A stretch of DNA of 64,000 bases from Prasinococcaceae sp. CCMP 1430. Lineage: Eukaryota; Plantae; Prasinodermophyta. This document shows, one piece after another, positions 23,104 to 35,270 of the stretch (the stretch's first letter is position 1; each line of letters begins with the position of its first letter). Under the pieces are notes generated by a model that made no database searches, was not told where the DNA came from, and saw only the letters and a list, made by a program, of their open reading frames with translations. A program made the translations under genes and the position numbers. The stretch is taken from assembly GCA_013416795.1 (NCBI GenBank), contig RQSC01000032.1, forward strand, positions 580,036 to 644,035, in the 5' to 3' direction.

Positions 23104-25365
23104 TCACGCCTCCTGCGCAACCTTGGACTCGGGCTTGGAGTCGTATGCGCCAATGCCGTTGAGCCACGGGAACTTCTCGTCTCGCATCGCCTCGAACTCG
23201 GTGATCGCGTCGTCCTGCTGCAGCGTAAGTCCGATGTCATCGAGGCCGTTGAGGAGGCAGTGCTTGCGGAACTCGTCAACGTCGAACTTGATCTCCTCGC
23301 CGCCCGGTCGGCGCACCACCTGCGCCTCGAGGTCCACCTCGAGTTCCTTGCCCTCCTCCGCGTCGGCCATGAGCGCGCGCACGTCGTCGTACGGCAGCTT
23401 GATGGGCAGCATGCCGTTCTTGAAGCAGTTGTTGAAAAAGATGTCCGCGAAGGACGTCGAGATCACGCAGCGGATGCCGAAGTCGTTGATGGCCCACGGC
23501 GCGTGCTCGCGCGACGAACCGCAGCCGAAGTTGTCGCCCGCCACCATGATCTTCGACGACCGGTACGGTTCGCGGTTGAGCACGAAGTCGGGGAGTTCCT
23601 CGTTGGTTTCGGGGTCGTACCGCAGCTCGTAGAAGGCGCTCACGCCCAGGCCAGTGCGCTTGATCGTCTTCAGGAACTGCTTCGGGATGATCATGTCCGT
23701 GTCGACGTTCTGCAGGTCGAGCGGCGCCGCCACGCCCTTGAGCGTGGTGAACTTGGGCATGCCGCTGGCGCCCTCGACAGCGCCGGCGCCAGCCGTCGCC
23801 GGCTTGGGAGGCAGCACCACGGGCTCCAGGAAGGACTTTGAGTCCGTGGGCGCCTCCTCCATGGCCGCAAGCGAGTCGTCGTCAAGAAGCTCGCGCACGT
23901 CGGTGAGCGACCCGGTGACCGCCGCGGCGGCTGCCATGGCGGGCGACACGAGGTGCGTGCGCCCACCGTTGCCCTGCCTGCCCTCGAAGTTGCGGTTTGA
24001 GGTCGACGCGCAGCGCTCCTGCGGCAGCAGCTTATCAGGGTTCATCGCCAGGCACATTGAGCAGCCGGGCTCGCGCCAGTCGAAGCCAGCCTCGACGAGC
24101 ACCTTGTCCAGACCCTCGGCCTCGGCCTGCTCCTTGACGAGGCCCGAGCCGGGAACGACCATCGCGTACACGCCGTCAGCCACCTTGCGGCCCTTAGCCA
24201 CAGCGGCGGCCTGCCGGACGTCCTCGATGCGCGCGTTGGTGCACGAGCCGATGAAGACCTTGTCGATGGACACGCCGTTGAGATCCTCCCCCGCGGTAAG
24301 ACCCATGTAGTCGAGCGCGCGCTCCATGGCGGCGGCGCGCTCCGCGCTGGGCGCGTCCTTCGGGTCCGGCACGGTGCCCGTGATGGGCGCGACGTCCTGC
24401 GGCGAGGTGCCCCACGTGAGCGTGGGCGCGATGTCCGCGGCGTCGATCTGCACCTCGATGTCATACTCGGCACCCTCGTCGCTCGCGAGCGAGCGCCAGT
24501 ACTCCACCGCGCGGTCCCATTCGGGGCCCACGGGCGGCGCCAGAGGCCTGCCCTTGAGGTAATCGAAGGTGATGTCGTCCGGGGCAACCATGCCCGCGCG
24601 CGCGCCGCCCTCAATGGCCATGTTGGACATAGACATGCGCGCCTCCATGCTCAAGCCGCGCACGGCAGAGCCCGCGAACTCGATGACGGCGCCGGTACCG
24701 CCGGCGGTGCCGATGATGCCGATGATGTGCAGCACGACGTCCTTGGAGCTCACGCCGGGCGCGAGCTGGCCGTCGACGCTCACGCGCATGTTCTTGGAGC
24801 GCTTCTGCAGCAGGGTCTGCGTTGCAAGGACGTGCTCCACTTCGGAGGTGCCGATGCCGAACGCCAGCGCGCCGAACGCGCCGTGCGTGGCAGTGTGCGA
24901 GTCGCCGCACACGCACGTCGAGCCGGGCAGCGTGAAGCCCTGCTCGGGCCCGATGATGTGCACGATGCCCTGGCGCGCGTCGTCGAGGCCGAAGTAGGTC
25001 AGGCCGAACTCTTTGACGTTTTCTTGCAGCGCCATCACCTGCGTGCGGCTGTCCTCCTCCTGGATGAAGCTCTCCACGGTGGTGAAGGATGAGCGGTCGC
25101 TGGTGGGCACGTTGTGGTCGACCGTGGTGAGCGTGCAGTCGCGCCGGCGCACCGGCCGGCCGGCGTTGCGCAGCCCCTCGAATGCCTGCGGCGACGTCAC
25201 CTCGTGCACCAGGTGGCGGTCGATGTACAGCAGCGCGGTGCCATCGGGGCTCGTGTTGACCACGTGGTCGTCCCAGATCTTGTCGTAGAGCGTGCGCGGC
25301 GCGCCGTCCGCGCCGGCGGCGGCGCGGGCGGCAGCTGCGCAAGCGCTGCGCGTGCCGCGTGCCGT
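23104..25365 (-). CDS. LEU1: 3-isopropylmalate dehydratase, large and small subunits fused in one ORF; N-terminal leader unresolved
   Basis: [39 protein letters not shown] and [12 protein letters not shown] (LeuC), then a linker, then [14 protein letters not shown] and [11 protein letters not shown] (LeuD), all in one uninterrupted frame. Confidence 0.97.
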   Translation of the reverse strand, partial: TARGTRSACAAAARAAAGADGAPRTLYDKIWDDHVVNTSPDGTALLYIDRHLVHEVTSPQAFEGLRNAGRPVRRRDCTLTTVDHNVPTSDRSSFTTVESFIQEEDSRTQVMALQENVKEFGLTYFGLDDARQGIVHIIGPEQGFTLPGSTCVCGDSHTATHGAFGALAFGIGTSEVEHVLATQTLLQKRSKNMRVSVDGQLAPGVSSKDVVLHIIGIIGTAGGTGAVIEFAGSAVRGLSMEARMSMSNMAIEGGARAGMVAPDDITFDYLKGRPLAPPVGPEWDRAVEYWRSLASDEGAEYDIEVQIDAADIAPTLTWGTSPQDVAPITGTVPDPKDAPSAERAAAMERALDYMGLTAGEDLNGVSIDKVFIGSCTNARIEDVRQAAAVAKGRKVADGVYAMVVPGSGLVKEQAEAEGLDKVLVEAGFDWREPGCSMCLAMNPDKLLPQERCASTSNRNFEGRQGNGGRTHLVSPAMAAAAAVTGSLTDVRELLDDDSLAAMEEAPTDSKSFLEPVVLPPKPATAGAGAVEGASGMPKFTTLKGVAAPLDLQNVDTDMIIPKQFLKTIKRTGLGVSAFYELRYDPETNEELPDFVLNREPYRSSKIMVAGDNFGCGSSREHAPWAINDFGIRCVISTSFADIFFNNCFKNGMLPIKLPYDDVRALMADAEEGKELEVDLEAQVVRRPGGEEIKFDVDEFRKHCLLNGLDDIGLTLQQDDAITEFEAMRDEKFPWLNGIGAYDSKPESKVAQEA

Positions 25366-25978
25366 CTACGCGCGGCCAGCGTCTCGCCGCCATCAAATCG
25401 CATTCGGCGCGCGCACACATGTGAAGGCAGCACCGCCGCGCGCCGCCGTCGTGCAACGCAATCTCGGGCCAGCGGGCGAGGGCAGATCACGCGCACGCGG
25501 GACGTGGCGGTGACCTCGCACGCAATTGAACGCAAACCCTAAATATGTGCCCTTCGAAATTTCGCATTGGGGCGGGCGCATACGAAGTGACAACTGCACC
25601 ATCAGATGTACTGTAAGGAGGCTTCGTACACACGATTCCCGTGGCACATGCGACCGTGGCGCGCCGGGCCAGGCGCCTCAGGCCGCGCCAAGACAATGCA
25701 AAGCAAAGAGATACTACATTGCCAGAGTGGCCAGCGGCGGCGGCCCGGCGGGCTGGCCACGCTTGCTGCGGGGCGGCCGGACGGACGGAGGCAAGAGCGC
25801 CCCGAACTCTCGGAGTGCGCGTGGCGCGCGCCCCACACTCGGGTGCCAATGCTGCCCGCTTTTCCGAAATCGTGGCACAACACGACCTCGTCTCCCAATC
25901 ATCCCAACCGAAGCGCAGAGCCGGGCTCCACACAGATCAGTTGATACTCGTCAGCACCTTCTCCACAGACGCACGCCA

Positions 25979-27781
25979 TCACGTGATCGAGGAGGCCGCG
26001 CCCGGGGCCACCGAGGACGACTTGCGCCGAGCGGCGAGGAGCTCCCCCGCTGTCTCTAGCGATAGTGGCAGCGAGGAATGTCCGCGCGAAAATGCCCCCA
26101 TCACGGCGTCGTGCACTCCAAGCGTCGGCATGCTGTCCTCAACCGTGCTGGCGTTGCCGTCTTCGTGGCCGCGCTCATCGCTCACGTTGAGGCCTGCCCC
26201 GGCGTGCGCCCCGACATCGTCTGTGCCGCCTCCCACCACAGGTGGTCCGCCGGAGAGGACCATGCTGCCATCGAAAAGGTATGTGGTCGGCCCATTTGTG
26301 TCCTCGTCAGCGAAGCCTGTGACGTCCACGCCGTTGCTGCGCTTCTCCACCTGAAGGTGGCCCACATCGTCCGTCAATTCGACGCTGCCGAGCGCCGCCT
26401 GGCCATGGCTGTCATTGCCAATGCCCGCCGCGGGCTGTGGGGGTAGCTGCGCGACGCAGCGACGCTTGTAGCGCGAGCGGCGCAGCGCTGCCGCAATGCA
26501 CAGCATCGCGGACGCGCAGAGTGTGCCGCCGACCAGTGCAGTTGGTACGATCCACGCGGCGACGGTCGCGGACCCATGATCCGATGCTGAGCCCGATGCC
26601 TCGCTCGACTGCACGACGACGGTTGCGCCTGATAGCTCAGACAGCTCAGGAGGTGGCGGGGGCGGAGGCGCCATCACAGGCGGGGGCATTGCGTCTTGTG
26701 CAGGTGTTGGGGGTGGGGGCGGTTGCACCAAGCATTCGCCGCCGTCGTAGTCGAATTCAGAGCAGTTCAGGTCAATCGACGCAGCCCCGAACCTCACTGC
26801 CTCCGCGCCCCCGTCATCGCAAAGGCCATTCGTCGTCCACGCGAAGCGCAGAAAGTCGGGGAAGCATCGCCGTGCGCAATCGGCCGAGCTGCGCGCGCCT
26901 GCGGAGGTGCACAGCTCTTCGCCGTCGAGTCCCGGCTCTGAGCCACCCGCCGAGCCTGAGCTAGCGCCATCTTGCTCCTGCTCTTGGTCGCCGCCGCCGC
27001 CAGCACCACTAGCGCTTCCAGCACTCGCGCTGGGCTGCCCACATGGCGGTAGTGCCGCCTCCACGCGCTGCGTAAGAGGCGCGTCCGGGCCGGCGATGTC
27101 ACTGTGGTTACTGCCGTTTCCGCCTGCGGAGGCGAGCGTGCCGAAGCTTGCGGAAGTGATGCAAACGCTCTCTCGCGACGCATTGAAACCTGTCGCCATC
27201 TCCAGCAAAACAAGGACGGGTCCCGTTGTTGCCGGCTGCGACTGGTCCGCCGCTTGGGGCACTCCTCCCGCCGCGTCGTCGCCACCAGCCTGTGAGGAAG
27301 ACGCTGCAGCCGCTGGCGTCGATGCCGGCGGGGGCGCATTGCTACTGTTGGTAGCCGACGCTTCTGCGTTCGGCGGAATTGGCTGCGACACCCCCGGCAG
27401 GCTCAACGAGGTCACCGTGCCTGTGGAGGGCTCGAACGAGACGAAGATCCGGCACGCACCAGCCAGCCCGGCACCTGCAAATGTAAGAGGTGCGGGCGCT
27501 GTGAATTGGGATGAGGGGGCAGCCGGGACGTCTGTGCCCTCGCTGTCCACCCCGAGTCCTCCCGCCGTGTCGGACTTTCGTACTGACACTACCAGGCTGA
27601 AGTTCCACACCGGCACCGTGCTCTGCATGGCCACGCCGATGACGCCCGAGTGCAGCTTGCCAGCCTCCTTCGAAGCTATGAAAGGGTTCAAGGAGAGCGC
27701 GATGGCGGCGACTTCCGCATCGCCGCCACTGGCCGCGCCCGACCCCGAAGGGGCTGGCAATGCAGACGTCGGCGACGACAT
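25979..27781 (-). CDS. Single-pass membrane protein with an LNR/Notch-like Cys module and a Pro-rich stalk
   Basis: C...NGLCDDG...LNCSEFDYDGGEC, poly-Pro runs, hydrophobic span VAAWIVPTALVGGTLCASAMLCIAAAL followed by RRSRYKRR. Confidence 0.55.
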   Translation of the reverse strand: MSSPTSALPAPSGSGAASGGDAEVAAIALSLNPFIASKEAGKLHSGVIGVAMQSTVPVWNFSLVVSVRKSDTAGGLGVDSEGTDVPAAPSSQFTAPAPLTFAGAGLAGACRIFVSFEPSTGTVTSLSLPGVSQPIPPNAEASATNSSNAPPPASTPAAAASSSQAGGDDAAGGVPQAADQSQPATTGPVLVLLEMATGFNASRESVCITSASFGTLASAGGNGSNHSDIAGPDAPLTQRVEAALPPCGQPSASAGSASGAGGGGDQEQEQDGASSGSAGGSEPGLDGEELCTSAGARSSADCARRCFPDFLRFAWTTNGLCDDGGAEAVRFGAASIDLNCSEFDYDGGECLVQPPPPPTPAQDAMPPPVMAPPPPPPPELSELSGATVVVQSSEASGSASDHGSATVAAWIVPTALVGGTLCASAMLCIAAALRRSRYKRRCVAQLPPQPAAGIGNDSHGQAALGSVELTDDVGHLQVEKRSNGVDVTGFADEDTNGPTTYLFDGSMVLSGGPPVVGGGTDDVGAHAGAGLNVSDERGHEDGNASTVEDSMPTLGVHDAVMGAFSRGHSSLPLSLETAGELLAARRKSSSVAPGAASSIT

Positions 27782-28090
27782 GATTCCCTCGCACACACGT
27801 CGCGGGCCTTCCGTTTTAATTTTTGCCCAGGCTGGCTGTCAGCCCCCTGGCAACCTCGGCGGCGGAGTCAGCGCCCGTCTGCTCCCCGTCGCCCGGCCAC
27901 TCGCGCGAGAGGGCAGGTGGCTGGAGCGCCGCGGCGGGACCGTGCGCCGCGGCTACCGGCGCTGGGCGCAGCGGCGCGTCCGCTGCCGCCCGCCGGAGGG
28001 GCGCGAGCCGAAGCACGGTTGAAATTGCTGCTGCTTTCGCGAGTGACCGCCTCCGCCCTGGCCGGACGGCGCCGCATGATCATCACTCCG

Positions 28091-28593
28091 NNNNNNNNNN
28101 NNNNNNNNNNNNNNNNNNNNNNNNNNNNNNNNNNNNNNNNNNNNNNNNNNNNNNNNNNNNNNNNNNNNNNNNNNNNNNNNNNNNNNNNNNNNNNNNNNNN
28201 NNNNNNNNNNNNNNNNNNNNNNNNNNNNNNNNNNNNNNNNNNNNNNNNNNNNNNNNNNNNNNNNNNNNNNNNNNNNNNNNNNNNNNNNNNNNNNNNNNNN
28301 NNNNNNNNNNNNNNNNNNNNNNNNNNNNNNNNNNNNNNNNNNNNNNNNNNNNNNNNNNNNNNNNNNNNNNNNNNNNNNNNNNNNNNNNNNNNNNNNNNNN
28401 NNNNNNNNNNNNNNNNNNNNNNNNNNNNNNNNNNNNNNNNNNNNNNNNNNNNNNNNNNNNNNNNNNNNNNNNNNNNNNNNNNNNNNNNNNNNNNNNNNNN
28501 NNNNNNNNNNNNNNNNNNNNNNNNNNNNNNNNNNNNNNNNNNNNNNNNNNNNNNNNNNNNNNNNNNNNNNNNNNNNNNNNNNNNNNNNNNNNN
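28091..28593. other. Assembly gap (N run)
   Basis: Continuous Ns. Confidence 1.
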
Positions 28594-29583
28594 AGGGCGG
28601 AGGATGCGCTGAGGCAGCTGCACGACGAGGGGCGCTACCAGCGCGACGTGTGGTGAGGTGCACGCGCCTCGGTACGTCGGGCGTCGCTGCTTGTATTTCG
28701 ATTTCAATGGCCCGAGCATGTGGCATTCTTTCCTTGACGGTCGATCCGCCCACCCCCTCACCCTCTCTCTCGCGGAGGGCGGCGCGGGCGTGCGCGCGGC
28801 GGCGGACATTGAGTCGCGGCTGGCGGCGGCGGTCGCGGACGAGGATTTTACCCTCGCCGCGCGCCTGCGCGACGAGCTCAAGGAAATGCGCGCCGATGCG
28901 CAGATCGCGGTGCTGGAGGCGAACCTGGCGTTCTACGAGGTGCGCGCGCGCGCGCCCCCTTCCCACACACACCACACACCACACGCACCACACACAAAAC
29001 GCACACACACACCCTCCGCCCGCGCGCGCGCACGCACTCCTCGGCTCCAGTGCTGACGCTGCGCCTGCGCGACGCTGTCGGGCGCCCCCCGTGCCTCACC
29101 CTCGGGCAGGCGTTCGCGAGTGGGGACCCGAACGCAATGGCCGAGGTGTGGGCGCAGTCGGCAACGGACGCGCAGGTGGTGCACCCGGGCGCGGCGTGCA
29201 TCGCAGGCTGGGCAGACGTGGACGCGTCCTGGAGGGCCATCTTCGGCGGCAACGGCAGCGGCGCGCCTGTGGTGTCCTCCATCGACGTCACGGATGTGCG
29301 CTGTGTGGTGCCCACCGATGCCAACAGCGCTGGTGGGGAAGTGCTGGCCTTCGTCACGTGTGTGGAGAACCTGGCGGGCGAGGACGGCCGCGGCGTCGGC
29401 AGGGCCGTCGCCACAAACATCTTCCGGAGGTGAGGAGCGCACCGCGAGCGCGCGGCAGTGCGCGCATGCAGATGCAATCGCCCGCACAGCGCTGACGCCG
29501 CCGTGCCACCCTGTTCGCGCAGGGAGGACGATGGTGCGTGGAAAATCCTCCACCATCACGCAAGCCCGTTCATGCTGGGCTAG
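28594..29583 (+). CDS. UVR-motif plus SnoaL/NTF2-like protein, 5' end in the gap
   Basis: AVADEDFTLAARLRDEL (UVR), EANLAFYE|AF, VHPG...GW..V..SW, FVTCVE, ATNIFR and WKILHHHAS, joined by GT-AG introns. Confidence 0.85.
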
Positions 29584-29768
29584 GGCACGGCCTACTAGTC
29601 GGCGCCGTCCTGAGCTTGGTGCGCGCATGGGCGCGCGAGCGCACCCTCACTCCTGCGAGCTCGTTTGAATTAATCGCCGCCGCTGTGCGATCTCAGTCTC
29701 GCATGCTACGGACTCCTACAGCGCGAGCCGTCACCGCGCCGCGGCGCGCCGCTGAGGCGCGCAGCATG

Positions 29769-30781
29769 TCACCTGTCGGGCAGGCCGTACGGGTACGGCA
29801 CTCTTTCGGCGTGGTACCATATGCGCCCGACCCACTTTTCTGCCCCCGTGCCACCGTCGAAGAGCTCGCCCTCTGCAGCGCCCTCGCAGCGACGTGAGCA
29901 CGAGGTGTCAGCGCACGGCGTGCATGCGCTCGCGGCCGCGCTCGCACTCGTGGGGAGCGCACGCAGCGCTCGCGCTGCGCCCGACCATGCTCTGTGCGCT
30001 CGTCGAATTGGCCGTCCGCCCCTGCCGGGAAAAAGAGCAGCGCCTGTCCCTTCTGCGGATCGACGTCCACCCCGATGCGGCCGAAGCGCGTCCTGCCTCC
30101 GGCTCCGGGCGGCACGTCGTTGAGGTAGCACAGCAGCGTCGCCAGCGTCTGGCCACCCCTCGCAGCGTCCTCGTCCCCCGCTGCGCGGTTGGCATCGAAG
30201 TGCGGCGCGAGGCGAGCATTTTGCGCGTATCGTATGACCGTTGGTGCTTCGAACCTGTCGCTGCTCGCTCGCAGCAGCGCCTCGGCGCGCTCCACTAGAG
30301 CGTCGTCCCCCCCACCCTCCGCGCCGCCGTAGAGCGTCGTCGACTCGGATGTGCGCAACTCGGAGAGCCCGCGTCGCCTCCACGCGAGCCACGCGCCCAC
30401 ACCCACGCATGACACGGCCATGCCGGAGGCCCACGCTCCGAGGACGGCCCCAAACACATCTACTGCGGAAACGTCCCCCGCGCCCATCGCGCTCAGTCCG
30501 CTGTTGAGCGCGGGGAACGCGTACCACGCCGCCGGCCCGCCGGCCGCAAGAGACAGCAGCTCCTTGGCATCAGCCGTCCAGCCCGCGTACGCGACAGGCG
30601 ACCGCTCGAGGCCCTTGGCTCGCGCGGCAGCCACGAGGGAGTCGCATTCGGCGGGCGTGAGGAAGTCGTCGATCAGGTAGACGTCCGGGTCCGCGTGCAC
30701 CTGTCGCAGGCCCGCGGCGCCCTCGTCGATACTGATGCGCTCGACGCGCGCCGCCGCTGGCGCGGCCGCTCGCGCGCGCAC
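29769..30781 (-). CDS. Prolyl 4-hydroxylase-like Fe(II)/2-oxoglutarate dioxygenase
   Basis: VYLIDDFLTPAEC, HFD, TLLCYLND, PQKGQALLF, then H|EG...EKWVGRIW after splicing. Confidence 0.85.
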
Positions 30782-32204
30782 GCGTCGCTGTAGGCAATTG
30801 CTGCAGATCTTCTGTTATTCACGTCTGTCGTTGTTTGTTAGCAGGGGGAAGACGTGACCGCCTGGTGGGGCTGGACGGGGAGGCGGAGTGTGTGGGTGGG
30901 CGGCCTGGGAGGCCAGGGAGGCGGGGCGGCAGGCGCCGGCGCTGGCCACAAACCCTCGGGTTACGGTTACGAGTGAAAATGCTCCACCGCTGCATACGGT
31001 GGGGTTTTGTCAGGAAGGGTTCTCATGTACATTTAGAGTGAATGCTTTCTGACTGCCGACTCGGAGACGAGCAGGTTGAGCTGCGCCGCAGGTCGGTGGC
31101 CAACGCCCGCGGGAGCTCGCGAGCGCCTGGCACCGAAGCGGAGTAGCACGAGGTGCACCGCCCCGGCGCACCCCGCCGCCCATGCCCTCGTCCCTGTCGT
31201 CGGTGTGGCTGCCTCCGCTGCTGCCGCCTCCCTCAAGCGCGCCGCGCCCGCGCGCGCGCCCGTGCGGGCCGGGGTCCTCAGGGCCGGCGAGCGTGCCTGT
31301 GCGGTTGGGGAGGCCGCATGCTTGCAGCCACCCAGCAATGGCACGCACGCTCGGTGCGGCGCCCAACCTGCCCGCCCCCTGAGTCGATGCACTGTCGAGG
31401 CTCGCTAGCACACGCCCGGTCGCTCGCCCGCGCGCTCGGGGGGGGGGCAGCAGCCACAACGTGCGCGCGTGCGCATGCAGCCGACTATGTCTATGCTCAC
31501 TTGCACTGGCGTACCGGGGAACTGTCATACGTCGAGCGTGCTCTAGGGCTGGAGCGCCAAGGCGCATGCGCGGGCGCACGAGGGCGCGCGCCCTCGCACC
31601 CCTGCCGCCCGCCTCGTGTACCTCGCCCCTGTTGCCGTTACCGCCGTGAGTGTGGTGGTCGCCGAGGCTGCCGGCAGCGCCGCGCTGCGCGCCGCCTGCT
31701 TGATAGCGCCCGGCTGCTTCGTGGCGCAGTGGGCGGCCTCTTTTTTTCACTTTTTTTTTCGGGGGGGCCGCGCAGTCGCAATTTTTCCCATGAAGAGTCT
31801 CCCGTGGTCATTTTACATTACACATTACAAACAAGCGCATTGTCGCTCTGTGGCGGCGACAGGTCGTGGGCGCCGCGTGTGCGACAGCGTGCACTCATTC
31901 CGTACGCATACGCATGCATGTGGCGCGCCACAGAGCGCGCAGCAGGCGCGCCAGGGGTGGGCGGGGGTGGACGCAGGCGCGCGCGTGGTTGGGGGGGGAG
32001 TAGGTGGGTGGGGTTGGCGGAGGGGCTAGACGCCCCCCCGGGCGCTGCACGGCTGCGGGGCGCAGGGCCACCTCCGCGCCGCGCGCCCCGGGCGACCTCG
32101 CCGCGCAGGCCCTGTTCTCCGAACCCCTCCTTTTTTTTTTTAATCCGCGCGGCCAGCTCGCAAAGGCGCAGGCTGGTGCAGTGCGTGAATTCGAAGCGGG
32201 CGGC

Positions 32205-34255
32205 ATGGCCGACACGGCGGCTGTGCCCGTGCGCGCGTCCAAGCGCGCGCGTCGCCAGGCGAGCAAGCTGAGGTTCGCCGAGGAGGAGGTCGCCTCGAGG
32301 GACGAGGAGCGCGAGCTCATGCAGGCGCTCAAGATTTCGCGCCGCATGGCCGAGTCGGTCGCCAGCGGCGCTGACAAGAACTTCGACGCGCTCGTGGCGG
32401 CGCCGGTGTTCCATCTGACAGAGGAGGAGTTCGCGCTGGGCCCAGCGGCCTACGCCGCCTCCATCCGCGATAAGGCGGAGCAATACGGCATATGCCGAAT
32501 CGTGCCGCCAGCCTCGTGGAAGCCCCCCACCGAGCGCCCGCCGGAGACGCGCAAGCTCGAAACCAAGTTCCAGGAGATCAATGCCATGTCTGAGGGCCAC
32601 TTCTTCGGCGAAGGCAAGCTGTACACCGCCAGCGAGTACGAGGCGATGGCCAAGGCGTTCGAAAAGACATGGGACGAGAGCCATGCCAGGAGTAGCGGTG
32701 GGCGACTGGCGGCTGACGGCTCCGGGCTGTGCGAACCGCTCGGCGATGCCGAGAGGGCGCGCGCCTTCGAGAGGTGGTTTTGGGACGTCGTCGACACCGA
32801 GGCGGAGACGCTCAACGTCGAGTACGCCAACGATCTCAACACGGCGAGCGCCTTTCCCAAGAGCGGAGAGTACAGCACCCACCCTTGGAACCTCAACAAC
32901 ATCCCGCACCACGAAACAAGCCTGTTGCGATTCATGGGCGAGCAGGTGCCCGGCATCGACGCGCCGTGGGTGTACTTGGGCATGCGCTTCAGCACGTTTT
33001 GCTGGCACACTGAGGACAACTGGATGTATTCCATCAACTACAACCACACGGGCGCCCCAAAGCTCTGGTACGGCGTGCCCGGCAGCGCGGCGCCGCTGCT
33101 GGAGCGCGCCATGAAAGAGGCCATCCCGTCGCTGTTCGAGGCCGACCCCGCGCTGCTGCACAAGCTGGTGACGCTCATGCCGCCAACGCGCCTCAAGTCG
33201 TTCGGAGTGCCCGTGGTGACCACCCGCCAGAGGGCGGGCGAGTTCATCATCACCTTCCCGCGTTCGTACCACGCCGGCTTCAATGAGGGTTTCAACATGT
33301 GTGAGGCGGTCAACTTCGCGCCAGTCGACTGGCTGCCTTGGGGTGGCGAGAGCCGGACAGAATACCAGAAGATCAGCAGGCCCAGCTTCCTGAGGTTCGA
33401 GGACATGCTCTTCCACTACGCCGCGTTCCTCAAGAACACGTCGCCGAACGGCATCGACAGCCACGTGGGCGACCTTATGGGGGCGCAGCTGCGAAACGTC
33501 CTGCGGGAGGAGACGCTCGGCCGTGAGGCCGCGTGCCGCGATGGCACCGTGCGTAGCCGGCGCGTGCGCGGCGCGCACTTGGGCGCGGACAGCGTGTGTG
33601 TGAAGTGCAAGACACCGCTGTGCATGTCCGCCATCGTTGCCTCGGAGTCCCTCAAGATCGGGGCGGGCGGACATAAGGTGAGGATGACCTGCGTGCAGCA
33701 CGGCGCCGCGCTTAAGGTGCCGCCGGCCGAGCGCACGATGCTCTACACGCACGACCTCGGCGAGCTCGGCAAGGCCACCGCCGGCTTCTTGGGCGAGATC
33801 AAGCGGGACGGGCCAGAAAAAGGGCGAACACTGGACAATCTCAAGGTGCGACGCGAGCGACGAGCCCCCACGCCCTCGTGCGGTGCTACAAGGCCCGCAC
33901 ACGCGCCCCGCTCGCGCGCTTTCGCGGGACCTGTCGAGCTTCGTAGCTGACGCCGGCGTGCACGCGGCCGCCCGTGCCGCCTCCCTGCCACCCCATCCCG
34001 CCACAGGCTGGCGTGTCGCACTCGTTTCGAGTGGGCTGGCGCGCGCGTTCGGCGGCGTGGGTAGCTCGTGCGAGGGCTGCGCTCGAGCGCGGGGCTGGCA
34101 ACGTGCGGGAGCTGTGCGAGGCGGCGGAGGAATTCGAATGGGGAGGGGCCGACATGCAAACCGTGCGCAACCTGGTCGCGCAGCTCAACGCCAGAAAAGC
34201 CGGCCACATCCACCCCGGAGCGCTGCCTGTGCCCATGGCGAGGCCGCGGCCCTAA
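32205..34255 (+). CDS. JmjN-JmjC histone lysine demethylase (KDM5/JARID-like)
   Basis: APVFHLTEEEF and YGICRIVPP (JmjN); WNLNN, FCWHTEDNW and YHAGFN (JmjC iron ligands intact). Intron about 33847-34006. Short PLU-1-like tail (AEEFEWGG). Confidence 0.93.
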
Positions 34256-34404
34256 TACGGGGCGACGCGCGTCGCTCCAAGCGCATATGTGCGCTCAGGG
34301 CGGCGCTCGTGTGGCGTGCACATGCTCGCCACCACTGGCAACGCTTCCCCGTCGAGGCGCCACCGTTGATAATTACACCGAGTTGCATTGCACGCGCGCG
34401 CTTG

Positions 34405-35268
34405 CTAGGTCCTGCTGGCGCGGCTGATCTGCGAGTAGGCCTCCCACAGCGCGATGGATGCACTGGTGGACAGGTTGAAGCTCCGGAAAATGTCGGTGTT
34501 GAGCATGGGCAGCCCGATCTTGCGTTCGTCACCGATGCGATCCTTGATGTCGGTGAGGCCGCACTCCTCGTTGCCAAACACCAGGACAATGTCCTCCTCG
34601 GGGGGGATGGCCGCAAAGTCAATGTCCAGCAGGGACTCATCGCCATACTTTGTGAAGAGGAGGCGCTGCCCCTGGGGTCCCCGCTCCAGAAAGTCGTCCC
34701 AGTCGTCGTACAACTTGGGCTCGACTGGCGGTGCCCACGCGCGAGCGTTGGGGAGAGGGAGTGGGTGCGCGCGCGCGCGCGTCAGCGCACGCGGCGGCGC
34801 GCTACTAGGAGGACGCATGCCCGCGGCCCGCGCGACATTCCGCGCCCGCGCGCCCGCGCACGCCTCACCTGCGTCCCAGTAGTCGAGGCCAGCTCTGCGC
34901 ACTTGCTTCTCGTCGAGGCTGAATCCGAGCGGCTCGATGAGATGCAGCTGCGCACCGAAACCCAGGCATGTTCTGCCGATGTTGCCGGTGTTCCAGTGTA
35001 TCTTGGGCGTGAAGAAGACGCAGTGCAGCCGCGGCGTCCCGTCGGGAGACACGACCTGCTCAACTCCGCGCGTGCCGTAGCCGAAGGGGCCCAGTCCGTC
35101 GCGGCGGATCTCCACGTGCTCGCGTTCTTCACCAGCGCTGGTGCCGGCGCTGGCGGAGCGGACGCGGGCGCGCGCCGCGCGGATGCGTCGCGTCCCCCGC
35201 ACCGGCACACCGCCGGAGGCCATTCGTGCGCCCGCCGCCGCCGCGCGCGCGGCAGCTGCGGCAGCCAT
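34405..35268 (-). CDS. trmL: SpoU/TrmL-family tRNA (cytidine/uridine-34 2'-O)-methyltransferase, probably organellar
   Basis: PKIHWNTGNIGRTC, LHLIEPLGF, RRAGLDYW, VFGNEECGL and RSFNLS motifs. Intron 34725-34868. Ala/Arg-rich leader. Confidence 0.92.
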   Translation of the reverse strand: MAAAAAARAAAAGARMASGGVPVRGTRRIRAARARVRSASAGTSAGEEREHVEIRRDGLGPFGYGTRGVEQVVSPDGTPRLHCVFFTPKIHWNTGNIGRTCLGFGAQLHLIEPLGFSLDEKQVRRAGLDYWDAGEACAGARARNVARAAGMRPPSSAPPRALTRARAHPLPLPNARAWAPPVEPKLYDDWDDFLERGPQGQRLLFTKYGDESLLDIDFAAIPPEEDIVLVFGNEECGLTDIKDRIGDERKIGLPMLNTDIFRSFNLSTSASIALWEAYSQISRASRT

Positions 35269-35270
35269 AG

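Noticed and set aside
30800-32200. Possible gene between the P4H-like and JmjC genes
   Set aside because: Only a short protein-like patch near 31480-31570; no consistent frame, splice pattern or motif.
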